A stretch of 64,000 nt of DNA from positions 7,874,001-7,938,000 of the forward strand of contig OZ024755.1 of NCBI GenBank assembly GCA_964016885.1, written 5' to 3'. The notes under the pieces are model-generated. The model was given only the letters and a program-made list of their open reading frames with translations. It ran no database searches and was not told the origin of the DNA. Below are positions 14,454-26,848 of this stretch, one piece after another (position 1 is the stretch's first letter; each line of letters opens with the position of its first letter). The stretch comes from Eledone cirrhosa (taxonomy: Eukaryota). The translations under genes and the position numbers were made by a program.

Positions 14454-14996
14454 GGGTAGGCTGAAACGTTCAGAGGCTGACGATGAAGGAGTGAAACTAG
14501 AGCTGTGAAATCTTGCATGTATTAAATGGATTAAGTGATAAACTTAATCTGAAGGTAATCAGGAATTTGGGGAGATTGAGTAACAGAACAAACTTTATTA
14601 AATTGGTGTTTAAATATACAATATACGTTCTGATATAAAATGAACTGATTTATAAAATGAACTGATTTGTATGATAGAACCAGAGGCGGGTTAAGTCTGT
14701 TTTGTATCAATAGTGTTAAACAATGCTGCAGAGCCAGTGAATGGTAGGGTCATGCAGCTACAATTGACTGACATTTTCTCTGTGTTTGTTGCTATAATAT
14801 TATCTGGGGTCATCGATCGACAGGTGATGGACTTCAACGGAATGTCTTCAACGGATGGTCTTGAGCAGGGTGTCAGAATAAACGGACCGGTGTGGGTGGG
14901 TGTACATATGAATATAATCATATATGGATGGGCAAGTGTTTAGGTAAATAGAAAGATAACCTGTGGGTGAAAGAGTGGGTTGGTAGATAGATGGAC

Positions 14997-15084
<88 letters not shown>

Positions 15085-15087
<3 letters not shown>

Positions 15088-15108
15088 TAGATAGATAGGT
15101 AAGTAGAG

Positions 15109-15173
<65 letters not shown>

Positions 15174-15252
15174 TGTAGATAGATAGACAGGCAGACAGAT
15201 AGATAGATAAATAATAGATAGACAGACAGACATATAGATAGACAGATAGATA
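15085..15252. repeat. (GATA)n/(GACA)n microsatellite abutting the LINE 3' end
   Basis: Directly visible. Confidence 0.95.
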
Positions 15253-15516
15253 TATTTCTTTTATTTGCCACTAGGGCATCAAAAGTGGGACAAGTACAAA
15301 GGGGGGAGTTTACACAAAAAGGCGTCCTCAATAAGGAGGAGGCAATAACAAAATATAAAAATAAAATAAGATATAACAAAAAATAAAATTTTTAACAAAA
15401 TCCTCAATAGAGAGGAGGCGCCTTGGGGGGTCGCACACACCCCCGAAAAAAGTGTGCAACCCTTCTCCTCAGGAGCACAGAGAAGGGGTGCTCCCTTGGT
15501 CTTTCATCTTCCTCAC

Positions 15517-18500
15517 CTATAGTCTGATGTAGAGTGAAGGCCCATTCACACGGGCCATTCTCGCCACTTTCACCCATCTTTCATAGAAACGGCTGGGGTG
15601 CAGCACCTCTCTCTCCATCCTGATCCTTCTTCCGAAATGATATCGGAAGAAACGGACCAGTTGTTGGCCAGAGAGAAAGGTGCCCGACCTCAGTCCTTTC
15701 AGACGCGTCCACCATACAACCTCTTTCGCCATGGCTATTACGCACAGAAACACCGCCTCTGCTTCATCTTTGAAGGGGGGAGGCGGCTTGATCATTACAA
15801 TAGACTCGGTGGTCAACCGGATCGGTCCCACCCTTGACAGCAGTTGTTCGACATAGCCCCACAGATCGGCTACGCCCGAGCAGTGTACTAATGCGTGTGC
15901 AACGGTTTCCTCGTCGCACACGCATCTGGGACAGATCTTTTTGGCGGGGTCCCTACCCGGGCGCCCGTGTCTGTAGAGCCTTTCTCGAACGGGTAAAGCC
16001 CCTCGGTAGCACTGCCAGGCCAGGGACTTCTGGAAGTTGTCCATAGGTCCCGGGCTGAATGTCCTACCGAACAGGCTGGCCAGTTCGTCCTCCTCCATGT
16101 CTAGGGCTTCTCCGAGGGCGTCGTCGCACCTGCTGCGTACCAGCCCTCTATAGAATGTTGCGGTGGAGTCTCCACTGATAACCGGATCCGCCTGCCAGAG
16201 GGCGGTGAGCGCCTGGGCACACTCAGTGTGCCAGGCGCCCAGTTTTCTCGGTCTTTGCTTGACCCAGGATTGCAGCTCGGTGAGTGAGACGAGTCTGGGA
16301 AAGGTTCGTCTCACAAACGAGGCCCACACCGGTTGTCCGGTGAGGAATACGTAGAGGTGCCGTAGCCTTAATGCGTGTTTACGCATCATTAGCCACGGCA
16401 TCCCCAGCCCTCCTTTCGAAGGGTGTTGACAGCAGATGGATCTCCTCACCATAGGAGCCCGCCTCTTCCAAAGGAATTGGAAGAGCGCGCGCTCCATCTT
16501 GGTGAGGGTTTCCCTTGGGCAGGGCACTACGGTCAGGCGGTAGTAGATGACGGACGCTATGTAGGTGTTCGCCACCTCCGCCCGGCCTTTCAGGGATAGT
16601 TTGCAACTGGCCCACTTCTGGGTCAGTGCAAACACCCTGTTCGTAACCTCCGCCCAGTTTTTCTCCACCTGGAGGTCCGGTCCGAACCAGACCCCGAGCA
16701 ACTTCACCGGGCCCTCCGTCCAGCGTCCGACGACGCTATCGGAGGGCATCGGTCTGCCCCTCCACGTGCCGAGTTGCAAACCGATCGACTTGTCCCGGTT
16801 CAGCTTAGCCCCTGTGAACTTTTCGTACTCCTCCAGTAAGGTGCCGACCGCCTCGATTTCGGAGGCCGTCGACACCATTACTGTCACGTCATCGGCGTAG
16901 GCCGACACCGCTTTCCGCAATCCCGGTTCCAAAGGGATGCCCTGCAACAACTCCAACTTCCGCAGTAGTGGCTCGAGAGTCAACACATACAGAAGGGAGG
17001 AGAGAGGGCACCCTTGTCGGATGGACCGCGCGATTTTGAACGGCTCCGAGAGGTAGCCGTTCACCTTGACCCTAGAGCAGATGCGGCTGCTGTGCATAGC
17101 AGTGATCCAGCCCCTGAAAACGGGTCCGAAGCCTGCCGCCGCTAGCACCGCATCCAGGTAACCATGGTCGACCCTATCGAACGCCTTAGATTGATCCAAG
17201 TTGATCAGAGCCCCACCAAAGCCGGGTTCGTTCCCAACCCTCTCTATGATGTATCGCATGAGGTGGAGGTTGTCATGGATGGACCTGGACGGGATAGCGC
17301 ATGTCTGCGCATCTCCCACCAGGTTGCCCACGACAAGCGCCAACCTCTTTGCTAGCACCTTGGCCAAAATCTGTAACTCTGTATTTAGCAGTGTTATGGG
17401 CCTGAAGTTACTTATTTCGTCCCCCTTGTTCTCGTCCTTCCTCACTAGCGTGACTACGCCCTTGGTCACAGTACAGGGAATTCTCCCGTTCTGTTGCCAG
17501 TTGCAGTAGACCGCCTCGAGGAGATCGGGGAACAAGTCCGGCATAGCTAGATATAATTCGTAAGGAAGACCATCGAGACCCGGGGATTTGCGTTTGCCGC
17601 ATTGGCTCAGCACGTCCTCTATCTCAGCGGCCGAAATCGGCTCTTCGCAGGACTTCGCCTCCCTGTCCGAGAGGCGCGGCAGGCCGTCGAGGTATGGACC
17701 GAAGTCCACGTTCCCAACCGGCTCCCCGCCCCTCCCGAACAGTCGGGCAAAGTGCCTTTGAAAGGCCTCACACATCTGCTTAGGCTCAAGAATCGCCCGT
17801 CCATCCAGGTCTCGCAAAGACCGGATGGTGGATTTAGTTCCACTGTTGGCCTCTGTCACGCGGGCCCAGCTAACAGCTTTGGTCCCCTCGTTCCCTAGAG
17901 CACGTATTTTACTTCGGACAACGCAGCCTTCGTGCTTCGCGTCGAAAAACTGGCTCAAAGCCGTTCTCGACGCTAGCACTCTGGCCACGTCGCCGCTTCT
18001 AATTGCCTCTTCTACTCTATCTATTAGCTCCCTTTCCTTCCTATTCCTATCCGCAGCTAGAACCTTACTAAATTCTATCGAGACTACTCTAATCTCTCTC
18101 TTTAGAGATACCCACCACCTGCTGTTGACGATCGCTCCAGTCAACCGTTCCTTAACTAACGTACTAATCCGATTCCTGTAGGCTCTACTTGCCGGCAAGG
18201 ACAAGTTGAGCTTCCAGTAACCGGGGCCCTGTCTATGAGTTCTGTCAAGGTTGACCATGCAGGTCACTAATTTGTGGTCTGAATAGCCAACAATGCGCAT
18301 TTTTGGACAACTTAAAAAGTCCTTATCCTTAATTCTAACTAAGAACCTATCTAGGTACGACCTAGATGATCCGCTACGATTTGCCCAAGTCCAGGTTGGC
18401 GCAGTCGGAAAATCTAGTCGATATCTATCGGCCAGGTCAAATCGACCGATTAACCCTTTGAGGCTATTACACCCCTCTCTATCGGGGCAGGCCCCTACGT

Positions 18501-18954
18501 AGTCCCAGCGTGCATCTAGGATACCATTCCAGTCCCCCACTAATAGCAAGGAGCGGGACGTCCCTAGAAAAGTCTCCAGACGATGGAAGAAGTCCGGCCG
18601 CATTGACCCGAAAGGGCCGTAGGCAGCTACCAACCTAAACGCTCCGCCTTTACCACTGCCAAGGTCCAGAACCACTAGTCGACCCTCCGGGTCCAAATGT
18701 ACCATCTGTGTTGCGAGACCCAGATGTTTTTGCAGCAGAACGACAACTCCACCCCCACCTCCGGGCTGACAGAGAGATGCGTGCATCTCAAAGTCATCAA
18801 AGGTGGGGGCCAGCTGTCGCACGTTGCTGATCCGGGCCTCGCAAATAACCATCACATCTATACGTTGTGACCTGAGGTCATTTAGAAGCATTGCTTGCTT
18901 CCAAGTTGAGCCCAGGCCACGCGCATTTAAACAGCCTACTCTTAGCATAGCCAT
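15517..18954 (-). CDS. LINE ORF2: AP endonuclease + reverse transcriptase + C-terminal Cys/His motif
   Basis: APE motifs LNARGL, GDWN, SYLD, YSDH; RT motifs KSPGLDG, FRPITLLN, LDQSKAFDRVDH, RQGCPLS, YADD; C-terminal CPRC...ETVAHALVHC; GPGYWKLN linker typical of L1/Tx1. First ATG at 18954 (1145 aa). Confidence 0.95.
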   Translation of the reverse strand: MAMLRVGCLNARGLGSTWKQAMLLNDLRSQRIDVMVICEARISNVRQLAPTFDDFEMHASLCQPGGGGGVVVLLQKHLGLATQMVHLDPEGRLVVLDLGSGKGGAFRLVAAYGPFGSMRPDFFHRLETFLGTSRSLLLVGDWNGILDARWDYVGACPDREGCNSLKGLIGRFDLADRYRLDFPTAPTWTWANRSGSSRSYLDRFLVRIKDKDFLSCPKMRIVGYSDHKLVTCMVNLDRTHRQGPGYWKLNLSLPASRAYRNRISTLVKERLTGAIVNSRWWVSLKREIRVVSIEFSKVLAADRNRKERELIDRVEEAIRSGDVARVLASRTALSQFFDAKHEGCVVRSKIRALGNEGTKAVSWARVTEANSGTKSTIRSLRDLDGRAILEPKQMCEAFQRHFARLFGRGGEPVGNVDFGPYLDGLPRLSDREAKSCEEPISAAEIEDVLSQCGKRKSPGLDGLPYELYLAMPDLFPDLLEAVYCNWQQNGRIPCTVTKGVVTLVRKDENKGDEISNFRPITLLNTELQILAKVLAKRLALVVGNLVGDAQTCAIPSRSIHDNLHLMRYIIERVGNEPGFGGALINLDQSKAFDRVDHGYLDAVLAAAGFGPVFRGWITAMHSSRICSRVKVNGYLSEPFKIARSIRQGCPLSSLLYVLTLEPLLRKLELLQGIPLEPGLRKAVSAYADDVTVMVSTASEIEAVGTLLEEYEKFTGAKLNRDKSIGLQLGTWRGRPMPSDSVVGRWTEGPVKLLGVWFGPDLQVEKNWAEVTNRVFALTQKWASCKLSLKGRAEVANTYIASVIYYRLTVVPCPRETLTKMERALFQFLWKRRAPMVRRSICCQHPSKGGLGMPWLMMRKHALRLRHLYVFLTGQPVWASFVRRTFPRLVSLTELQSWVKQRPRKLGAWHTECAQALTALWQADPVISGDSTATFYRGLVRSRCDDALGEALDMEEDELASLFGRTFSPGPMDNFQKSLAWQCYRGALPVRERLYRHGRPGRDPAKKICPRCVCDEETVAHALVHCSGVADLWGYVEQLLSRVGPIRLTTESIVMIKPPPPFKDEAEAVFLCVIAMAKEVVWWTRLKGLRSGTFLSGQQLVRFFRYHFGRRIRMEREVLHPSRFYERWVKVARMARVNGPSLYIRL

Positions 18955-18978
18955 GTTGGTGGTGAAGAGAAAAGGCAC

Positions 18979-20757
18979 TTACCTCTCTGCGTCCCGGGTA
19001 TCGGGCTGCACAATTTCCATTAGGGTGGGGGATGGGTTGTTGGGTGGGGTGGTGGTTTGTGGAAGTGTGGGGGCATCAGTGTGTTGTGTGGTTGGGGAGC
19101 TTGGAGTTGTGAGGGTGTTTGGGGAGGGGGTGGGATAGTTTTTTAGGAGGACGCGGTTAATGGGCCCGACGCAGGGGGGACCCACGTCCTCTTTAAAATT
19201 GTTTTTTAAAGTTTTATAGGTGTCCTGTGGGGCCTTAATCATTTTGAGGTGGGGGAAATCCCCTGCCTGGGTGAAGTTAGGCCCTTGTGTTTTTATTAGA
19301 TTGTTGTTGTACACAATGTTTAACAGTTTTTTGTTTCTTGTATTTATGTATGTGTATGCATGTTTTTGTTTTTGTGTGGTGTTTTTTGTTTGCTGTTGTG
19401 AGCTCTTTTGTGTTGGTGTCAGTGTTATGTTTTGGGGAGGGTTTTTTTTCATTTGTGTGTCTGAGGTGTGTTTTCTTTTTTTTCTTTTGATTGTGTGGAA
19501 GTGCTCCTCCTCGTCTGACGACGAACTAGGGTCATCTTCCGCGTTGGAGGGGAGGGGTATATTTTCGGGTTGTGTTTGCGGTACGGGTGTTTTGGAAATT
19601 GTTTTTGTTTTTTGAGTGGAGGGGATGGGTTGGACATTGTTTTGTTTTGGTTTGAGCTGTGGTGGTTGTTTTTGTAGTGGTAGTTGTGGTGATTGTGTTG
19701 GTTGTGCAGCTGTTGGTGGTGTAGGCAGGATTGGGGTTTTCTTATTAAGTTGGGGACAGACAGCCCTCAGGTGACCTCTGGTTCCGCAGAGGTAACACGA
19801 GGGCCGTCTACCCTCAACGGTAATGTTGATGAAGGTTAGATCATCCAGTATGACGCGTTCAGGGATCTGGGCGATCCTTTCGGGCCTCATTTGAACTACA
19901 AGTTCGAGGCTCGTTCCACTGAACGCGTCACCCGATGCCTTTCCCATGGACACCAGCATGTCATCCTCCAGGTCCAGAAAACCTGTCAAAACCCACCATA
20001 TGTCCATAATCGGCAGGATGGTGTGGATTTTTATTTTTTGTGTTCTTCTACCCATGTACGTAGGGTAGAAGGTGTATGCGGTGGATGTGATTGGTTTGAT
20101 GGACAGTTTCACTGCTGTGTCCCTGTCCTTCATGAGAATGGATAGACTCCCGTAGAGTCTATCCTTCTGAATGAAGGTGATGTCCTTCATGACGTCTTTT
20201 AAAACCAGCTCTATCTCGCTCTGTGATGGTTGAGCTGGTTTTTTACTTTTGTTCGAGATTGTCCTAAACATGACCGTGTTTAGGAGTCTCTGGCTTTTTA
20301 GTTCCGGGGGGGAATGGATTGTGAATGAACCATTTTCCCCGTACACTATATATTTTTTCGCATCCGCCAGTAGCTCCTTCGCTTTTGTTATATCTACTGG
20401 CAGATAGTCGAGGGTTTTCCTTGTCGTCTCGGCGAAGGAGAAATTTTGTTTGTTTGTGTTGTTGTTGTCGTTGGTGGTGTTGTTGTTATCATTGTTGTTG
20501 TTGTCACCGTTATTGGTCTTGTTGTTGTTATTGTTATTGGTGTTGTTTTCGTCCGTCGCATTGTTGTTGTTGCTGTTGCCGCTGGTTCTTTGAGTTGTTG
20601 CCATGGCAACGTCAAGTTGTCGGTTAACAGGTGGACAGAATTCTTCCTCTGGCTGACCTTTCTTCTTGACCTCTGCTACTGTGACAGTGGCAGGGGGAAG
20701 CTGTAAGTTCATCTTCCCCTTTCCTCCTTCGAATTTTGGTGAAGAAGCTTCGGCCAT
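18979..20757 (-). CDS. LINE ORF1: gag-like nucleic-acid-binding protein
   Basis: 592 aa open frame directly upstream of ORF2; zinc knuckle CYLCGTRGHLRAVC (CX2CX4HX4C); Asn-rich N-terminus; Pro/Gln/Thr-rich region with acidic and basic (KRKKRK) patches. Confidence 0.88.
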   Translation of the reverse strand: MAEASSPKFEGGKGKMNLQLPPATVTVAEVKKKGQPEEEFCPPVNRQLDVAMATTQRTSGNSNNNNATDENNTNNNNNNKTNNGDNNNNDNNNTTNDNNNTNKQNFSFAETTRKTLDYLPVDITKAKELLADAKKYIVYGENGSFTIHSPPELKSQRLLNTVMFRTISNKSKKPAQPSQSEIELVLKDVMKDITFIQKDRLYGSLSILMKDRDTAVKLSIKPITSTAYTFYPTYMGRRTQKIKIHTILPIMDIWWVLTGFLDLEDDMLVSMGKASGDAFSGTSLELVVQMRPERIAQIPERVILDDLTFINITVEGRRPSCYLCGTRGHLRAVCPQLNKKTPILPTPPTAAQPTQSPQLPLQKQPPQLKPKQNNVQPIPSTQKTKTISKTPVPQTQPENIPLPSNAEDDPSSSSDEEEHFHTIKRKKRKHTSDTQMKKNPPQNITLTPTQKSSQQQTKNTTQKQKHAYTYINTRNKKLLNIVYNNNLIKTQGPNFTQAGDFPHLKMIKAPQDTYKTLKNNFKEDVGPPCVGPINRVLLKNYPTPSPNTLTTPSSPTTQHTDAPTLPQTTTPPNNPSPTLMEIVQPDTRDAER

Positions 20758-21062
20758 TTAAAAAAAAAATATTGACTTTTCAACAAGAAAAAACTTTTTT
20801 TTTTGTTTAACTATTTCGCCTAAAGGCGTAGAATATTTTGAGAGACTGACCAGATCAAAGTTTGACCTGGCAGTCCCTCTACAAAATGGTACAAAAATTA
20901 AAGTTATCAGACAAGAATTTCTATAGAAATTTAAACAGAACTTACTCAGCAAGTTATACGCGTGTGTCCATCCCAGAGATTAGCAAATTAGGCTGCTCAA
21001 CCGTTAATATGAATAAGGAAAGTATATACTTTCAGACGTTCAATCATCTGGCAGGAAGGTAT

Positions 21063-21105
21063 ACGGTGCTGACGATAGCTAATAAGCTTGAAACTAGTAC
21101 ATCGT
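21063..21105 (+). ncRNA. Minimal type I hammerhead ribozyme (unrelated to family A)
   Basis: acggtg-CTGACGA-t-agct[aata]agct-t-GAAAC-ta-GTA-catcgt: stem I 6 bp, stem II 4 bp, palindromic stem III (ACTAGT), GUA triplet. Confidence 0.75.
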
Positions 21106-23015
21106 TCCTTTGTCAGTGTTGAACAAAAGGGCAACGATGGTTGCTAAACACTGTACGGCTTAATTCGGGATGTTTATTTACAAACAAACCGAGCATTATA
21201 ATAAATGCTCGGTAAATCCATACGTACATATATATATGTGTGCATGTATGTATATATATATATACATACTACTGTACGTCTGTATACAGATATGTATGTA
21301 CGTATACATACTTATATTTAGTCTAGAAGCTATTGTTAATGTGGAATCAGTCAGCCATGTAATTCTAGTATTTACAACGTGTGTTTGAACTGTCACAGCA
21401 GATTCATAAACATTAACAACACTGCTTAAACGATGTTGCTGTCATCACTACTGCTGGGAGGAATCGTGTGACATTTCCTTATTTATGTACAATGGTATAA
21501 ATATATATGTATACACACATGTATGTATATATGTGTGTGTGTATGTGTGTGTGTGTATACAAGTATGTATGTATATATGTACGTATATATGTATGTATGT
21601 ATGTATTGTACGTATGTAAGTATGTATGCATTTTTTTTCTGTGGAGCGAGAGACTCCTAGTCTTCATTAAGACATCTCTGTAGGAGAAGGTTACTCTGAT
21701 ATAAAACCTGCGACTTCGTTTGCATCCAATGATGTAGCCCAGTTTTACTTTTTGGGTAAACGTATTCGATGTTCAAAGAGTGGCATTGGCCCCATGCAAA
21801 GCCTTTCCTTACTTAAAAACGCTTCATGCAAAGGCATCGCTTGATATGTGACATTTTTTTGCGATGCATGGCATTGCTGGCCATAAGCAAGTCCCTAGCA
21901 GGACTTAAAAGCTACGTCTGTGATTCTCATGCTTATGTATCAAGCGATGACATTACACGAAATCGAGTTGCAGCAATCATGTATTTATGTATGTATGTAT
22001 TGTTGGTGACATTATTATGAGGACATTATTTTGAAGATATTGGTTGGACATGATTTCTCGTTTAAAACTAATTCCATGTGAAACGTAATTTCTCGTGGCT
22101 GAGATATCAGCATCAGAAGCATCAGCAGCAGTAGTTAACAAGGGTCCAAACTGACATTGTGTTTTATATATAGGTGTAAACCTATTTCATCTTGTCAGAA
22201 AGTATAACATGGTAAACTACGCTCACTTTATAATAGGGTCTTCTTTTGGTAATATTTCTGATATTTTCCCTTATTTGCCCTTATTCCAATTGATGTACAA
22301 TCTTTCTATGACATCTATAGTTTCTCCAATTTTGTGTAGCTTTGTATAATATCATAAACTCCCAATATCATAAATATATTTTTCTTAACTCCATACTATA
22401 ACCTATATTCATTGGCAACGTCTATTGTCACATATATTCTTGTTCTATTTTTTTATCGATACAAACCTGAAAGTTCTTGAAATCAAACACACATTCAATT
22501 GTAGGGTGTACATTTTCTCACTCTTTCACCGTTTAGCATTTACATTACTTTGTATTTACTATTTTATTTTTACGGTAAAGGCTTTACCTCTCATAATTAT
22601 GTCACATACTAAATAACGAATCTATGAGATGTTGATATTATTTATTTTGAGAATAATACCTTAACATCAATATGAATGGCTGGATATGGCTGGTTAGAAG
22701 AGATAGAGATGAGATAATTCTGGCTGGATATGGCCGGTTTAAATGCTAAATGGTTAAATCTAAGTCAAAAACCGAACTAGCCGAACTAGAATTTGAAGAA
22801 ACACTAATATAGTAACCTCCCGTATGAAACTATTACAGGAAAGACAAAACTGACGTACACAGAAAGAGAAAAGCTAACCTTTCGAGCAATGCGAACTTAT
22901 ATTCAGTTCCAGTAGTGATTTGAGGAATTTCTATCTTAAACCATTTATGTAATGCTAGTTAATAGAAGAGCATAGCTTACCCACTTGCTTATATAACAGT
23001 CAATCGTGATCATAT

Positions 23016-23098
23016 AGAGGGGTGTCCTCCAAAAATGTATACACACTTCACTAGCATTCTAATCTAAGTGTGTATACATTTTGGGGGGACATCCTGTA
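23016..23098. mobile_element. Tc1/mariner-type MITE (same family as 11661)
   Basis: ggggtgtcctccaaaaatgtatacacactt / aagtgtgtatacattttggggggacatcctg inverted repeats, TA-flanked. Confidence 0.65.
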
Positions 23099-23203
23099 TA
23101 TTAGCAATTAGGTTGAAAGAGTCGATTTGTGAGGTTTAGCATGGAAACCAAGTTTGAAAAGTTTGAATATCAAAAAGGTGTAAATAAAAGTGTATACATG
23201 CAC

Positions 23204-23326
<123 letters not shown>

Positions 23327-24195
23327 TGTGTGTGTGTCTATGTGAATATGTGTGTGTAAGTACATTATCAGCTATGTATTTCCTTTGTGTTTTACAAATA
23401 TGTTCAAATACCAGTGAATCCAAACTTACTCTTCAAAGATCCAAAGAAAAAAAAAATCCGATATCTGATAATTTTCTATATTACTGTTATCATCATCATC
23501 ATCATCATCATTATTATTATTATTTTTATTATTAATATTATTATTAATATTATTATTACCATTATTATTGTTGTTGTTGAATTGTTATTTATTTGCATTG
23601 TATTTCCAATAGGTTGTAGGTGAAGGGTTTTCTTAACCCTTCATTTTTTTTTTATGAGAGGAGACGAGAGGAAAAAAAATAATTATCAGAATATAACATT
23701 CAGCAAGATTGGCTTGTAGTTCAACAATATATATGGAATAGTCGCTATAGAAAACGTTGATATATTCTGGTCAAGTAAAAATATAAGTGTAATCCCTAAC
23801 AGATAAAAAAATAATCTCTACGTCTATTATATGAACAGATTTACATAGGATAGGTATCTACCATTTCTAACGGGGAGTTATCCTTTGTTATAGCTACAAG
23901 GAACATTATCAAATTTATTTAGGTTGTTTGCACTTACTGCATATTTTATCTGGGTTTATTTTTCTGTTATTTTTTTCTGTTTTTTTTTTATTGCAGTTTT
24001 TGTACGTATATGTTTTTGAATTACAATTCGCAGGAATAAGATGTTTGTATTATTTTTTTGCTACATTATTTTTTGTTTATGGATAAAAGCTATCAGAATG
24101 TATGGCGCTTTTATTCTATCCAACAGAACAATTTTATTCAACATACGTGTCGGATTTTTTATCTCAATGTGTACTTATATATTTCAGAGCATATG

Positions 24196-24299
<104 letters not shown>

Positions 24300-24429
24300 C
24301 TGTGTGTGTGTGTGGTTTTGTATGTTTATGTATACAGTTAAATGGTCATTTCGCACATAGATAAATATGGGTAAATTTTTTAATATACACACACACATAT
24401 ATATATATATATGTATATATACAAGTATA

Positions 24430-24521
<92 letters not shown>

Positions 24522-24527
24522 TATTTA

Positions 24528-24589
<62 letters not shown>

Positions 24590-24597
24590 TATTTATA

Positions 24598-24659
<62 letters not shown>

Positions 24660-24663
24660 AATA

Positions 24664-24786
<123 letters not shown>

Positions 24787-25121
24787 ATATTCACGTGTGT
24801 ATATGTACGTGTAAGTACACATATGATTGTCAATTTATCGATAAGACTTTCGCACCAATTCTCTCAGTCTATGCTATATATCTCTACATATTCATGTATC
24901 GATTGATCGATAGTATAATCTAGTTTCTGAACTGACACACGGTCATTCAACATAAACATTCGATCTCTTTGTAAACATTATGCTAAAAAAACCCTCCACA
25001 TATTCATTTAAGCAGACACACGCGCATAGACAAATACATACGCGCACAACACGCACGCTAATATATATATACAAGTATATATATATATATATACAAGTAT
25101 ATATATATATATATATACAAG

Positions 25122-25211
<90 letters not shown>

Positions 25212-25475
25212 AACATAGATCGATAGTTAGACTTGTGCATATGGGTACATATTTATACACACGTACATATGTGTGTGTGTGTGTATATATATATGTGTGT
25301 GTATATATATATGTGTGTGTGTATATATATATATATACATACATATATATATATATATGTGTGTGTGTATATTAAAAAATTTACCCATATTTATCTATGT
25401 GCGAAATGACCATTTAACTGTATACATAAACATACAAAACCACACACACACACAGATACACACACATACACATAC

Positions 25476-25531
<56 letters not shown>

Positions 25532-25977
25532 CACGATTCTACTCACTTCTAGAGTAAGCGTATCTTCAAAAGTTGCGTATTCATACGTAGCACATAATAG
25601 ATTTACATTTTATATATATATATATATATGTATATGCGTGTGTGTGTGTGTGTGTGCGTGTGAGTGTCTATGTGTGTATGTACATAGTAACATATATGTA
25701 CGTTCGTATATATAGACATCGTAGCGAGAGCCCAGTGTGCTAGTGGGGAAGTTTAATTTCAAATCAGATTAGTTACCTCACCAACTTGCTCCTTTCAAAA
25801 TGGAGATGAATCCCACTCTAAACATGATTATAGTTGATTTTATTTAGTAGAGACATTCATCACATATATCAGACACACATACATCACACAGATGCACAGG
25901 CACACGTTGCCCACATGATCAAAATGTACGTTATTCATATATATATATATATACACACACACACGCACACACATATT

Positions 25978-26028
<51 letters not shown>

Positions 26029-26433
26029 CATAAGTCTATTTACAGGAATTTGTAAATAGTTTTCTGTTCAGGGCTTATGTATATAAATATATATATGTGT
26101 AGGTGTTTATATATATATATGTATATATATATACATACATATATCTGTATGTATGTATGTAAATATGTGTATGAGTTATATCTATGTTATTTAATGGTTG
26201 TATATACCGAGTACATATTGTATGCATTTTTACACACACACACATACACACACACATACATATATAGTATAAATTTTATAAAGAAATCATCATCATCATC
26301 ATTATTATTATTATTAATATCTTACGAGGTCATTACTAAACGATTTTAGTTCTTTGCCAGAGTTATATAACTAACCAAGTTCAGACATAAGATAATAGGC
26401 ATACATACATACATACATACATACATACATACA

Positions 26434-26485
<52 letters not shown>

Positions 26486-26531
26486 CATACATACATACAT
26501 ACATACATACATACATACATACATACATACA

Positions 26532-26567
<36 letters not shown>

Positions 26568-26713
26568 TATACATGTTTACTTTCACCGACATTAAGAAAC
26601 TCATATATACGTGGGAGGGTGTTTATATATGTTTGAATATATGAATGTATATCATATATAAATGTACTCTCATCAACGAAGGTTCATAATCTTAATACCT
26701 CATGCATGTCCTT

Positions 26714-26746
<33 letters not shown>

Positions 26747-26761
26747 GTGTGTGTGTATATA

Positions 26762-26848
<87 letters not shown>

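Larger units (their letters stand above)
15252..20975 (-). mobile_element. Full-length, apparently intact L1/Tx1-type non-LTR retrotransposon
   Basis: Two uninterrupted ORFs, ~220 nt 5'UTR (5' end approximate), ~260 nt 3'UTR ending AATAAAAGAAA then (TATC)n; much more GC-rich than the flanks. Confidence 0.92.

Noticed and set aside
15598-18502. Plus-strand ORFs overlapping LINE ORF2
   Set aside because: Antisense shadows of a GC-rich coding region.
20758-20952. In-frame uORF ending TAA directly before the LINE ORF1 ATG
   Set aside because: Non-ATG start and low-complexity T-rich 5'UTR; probably chance.
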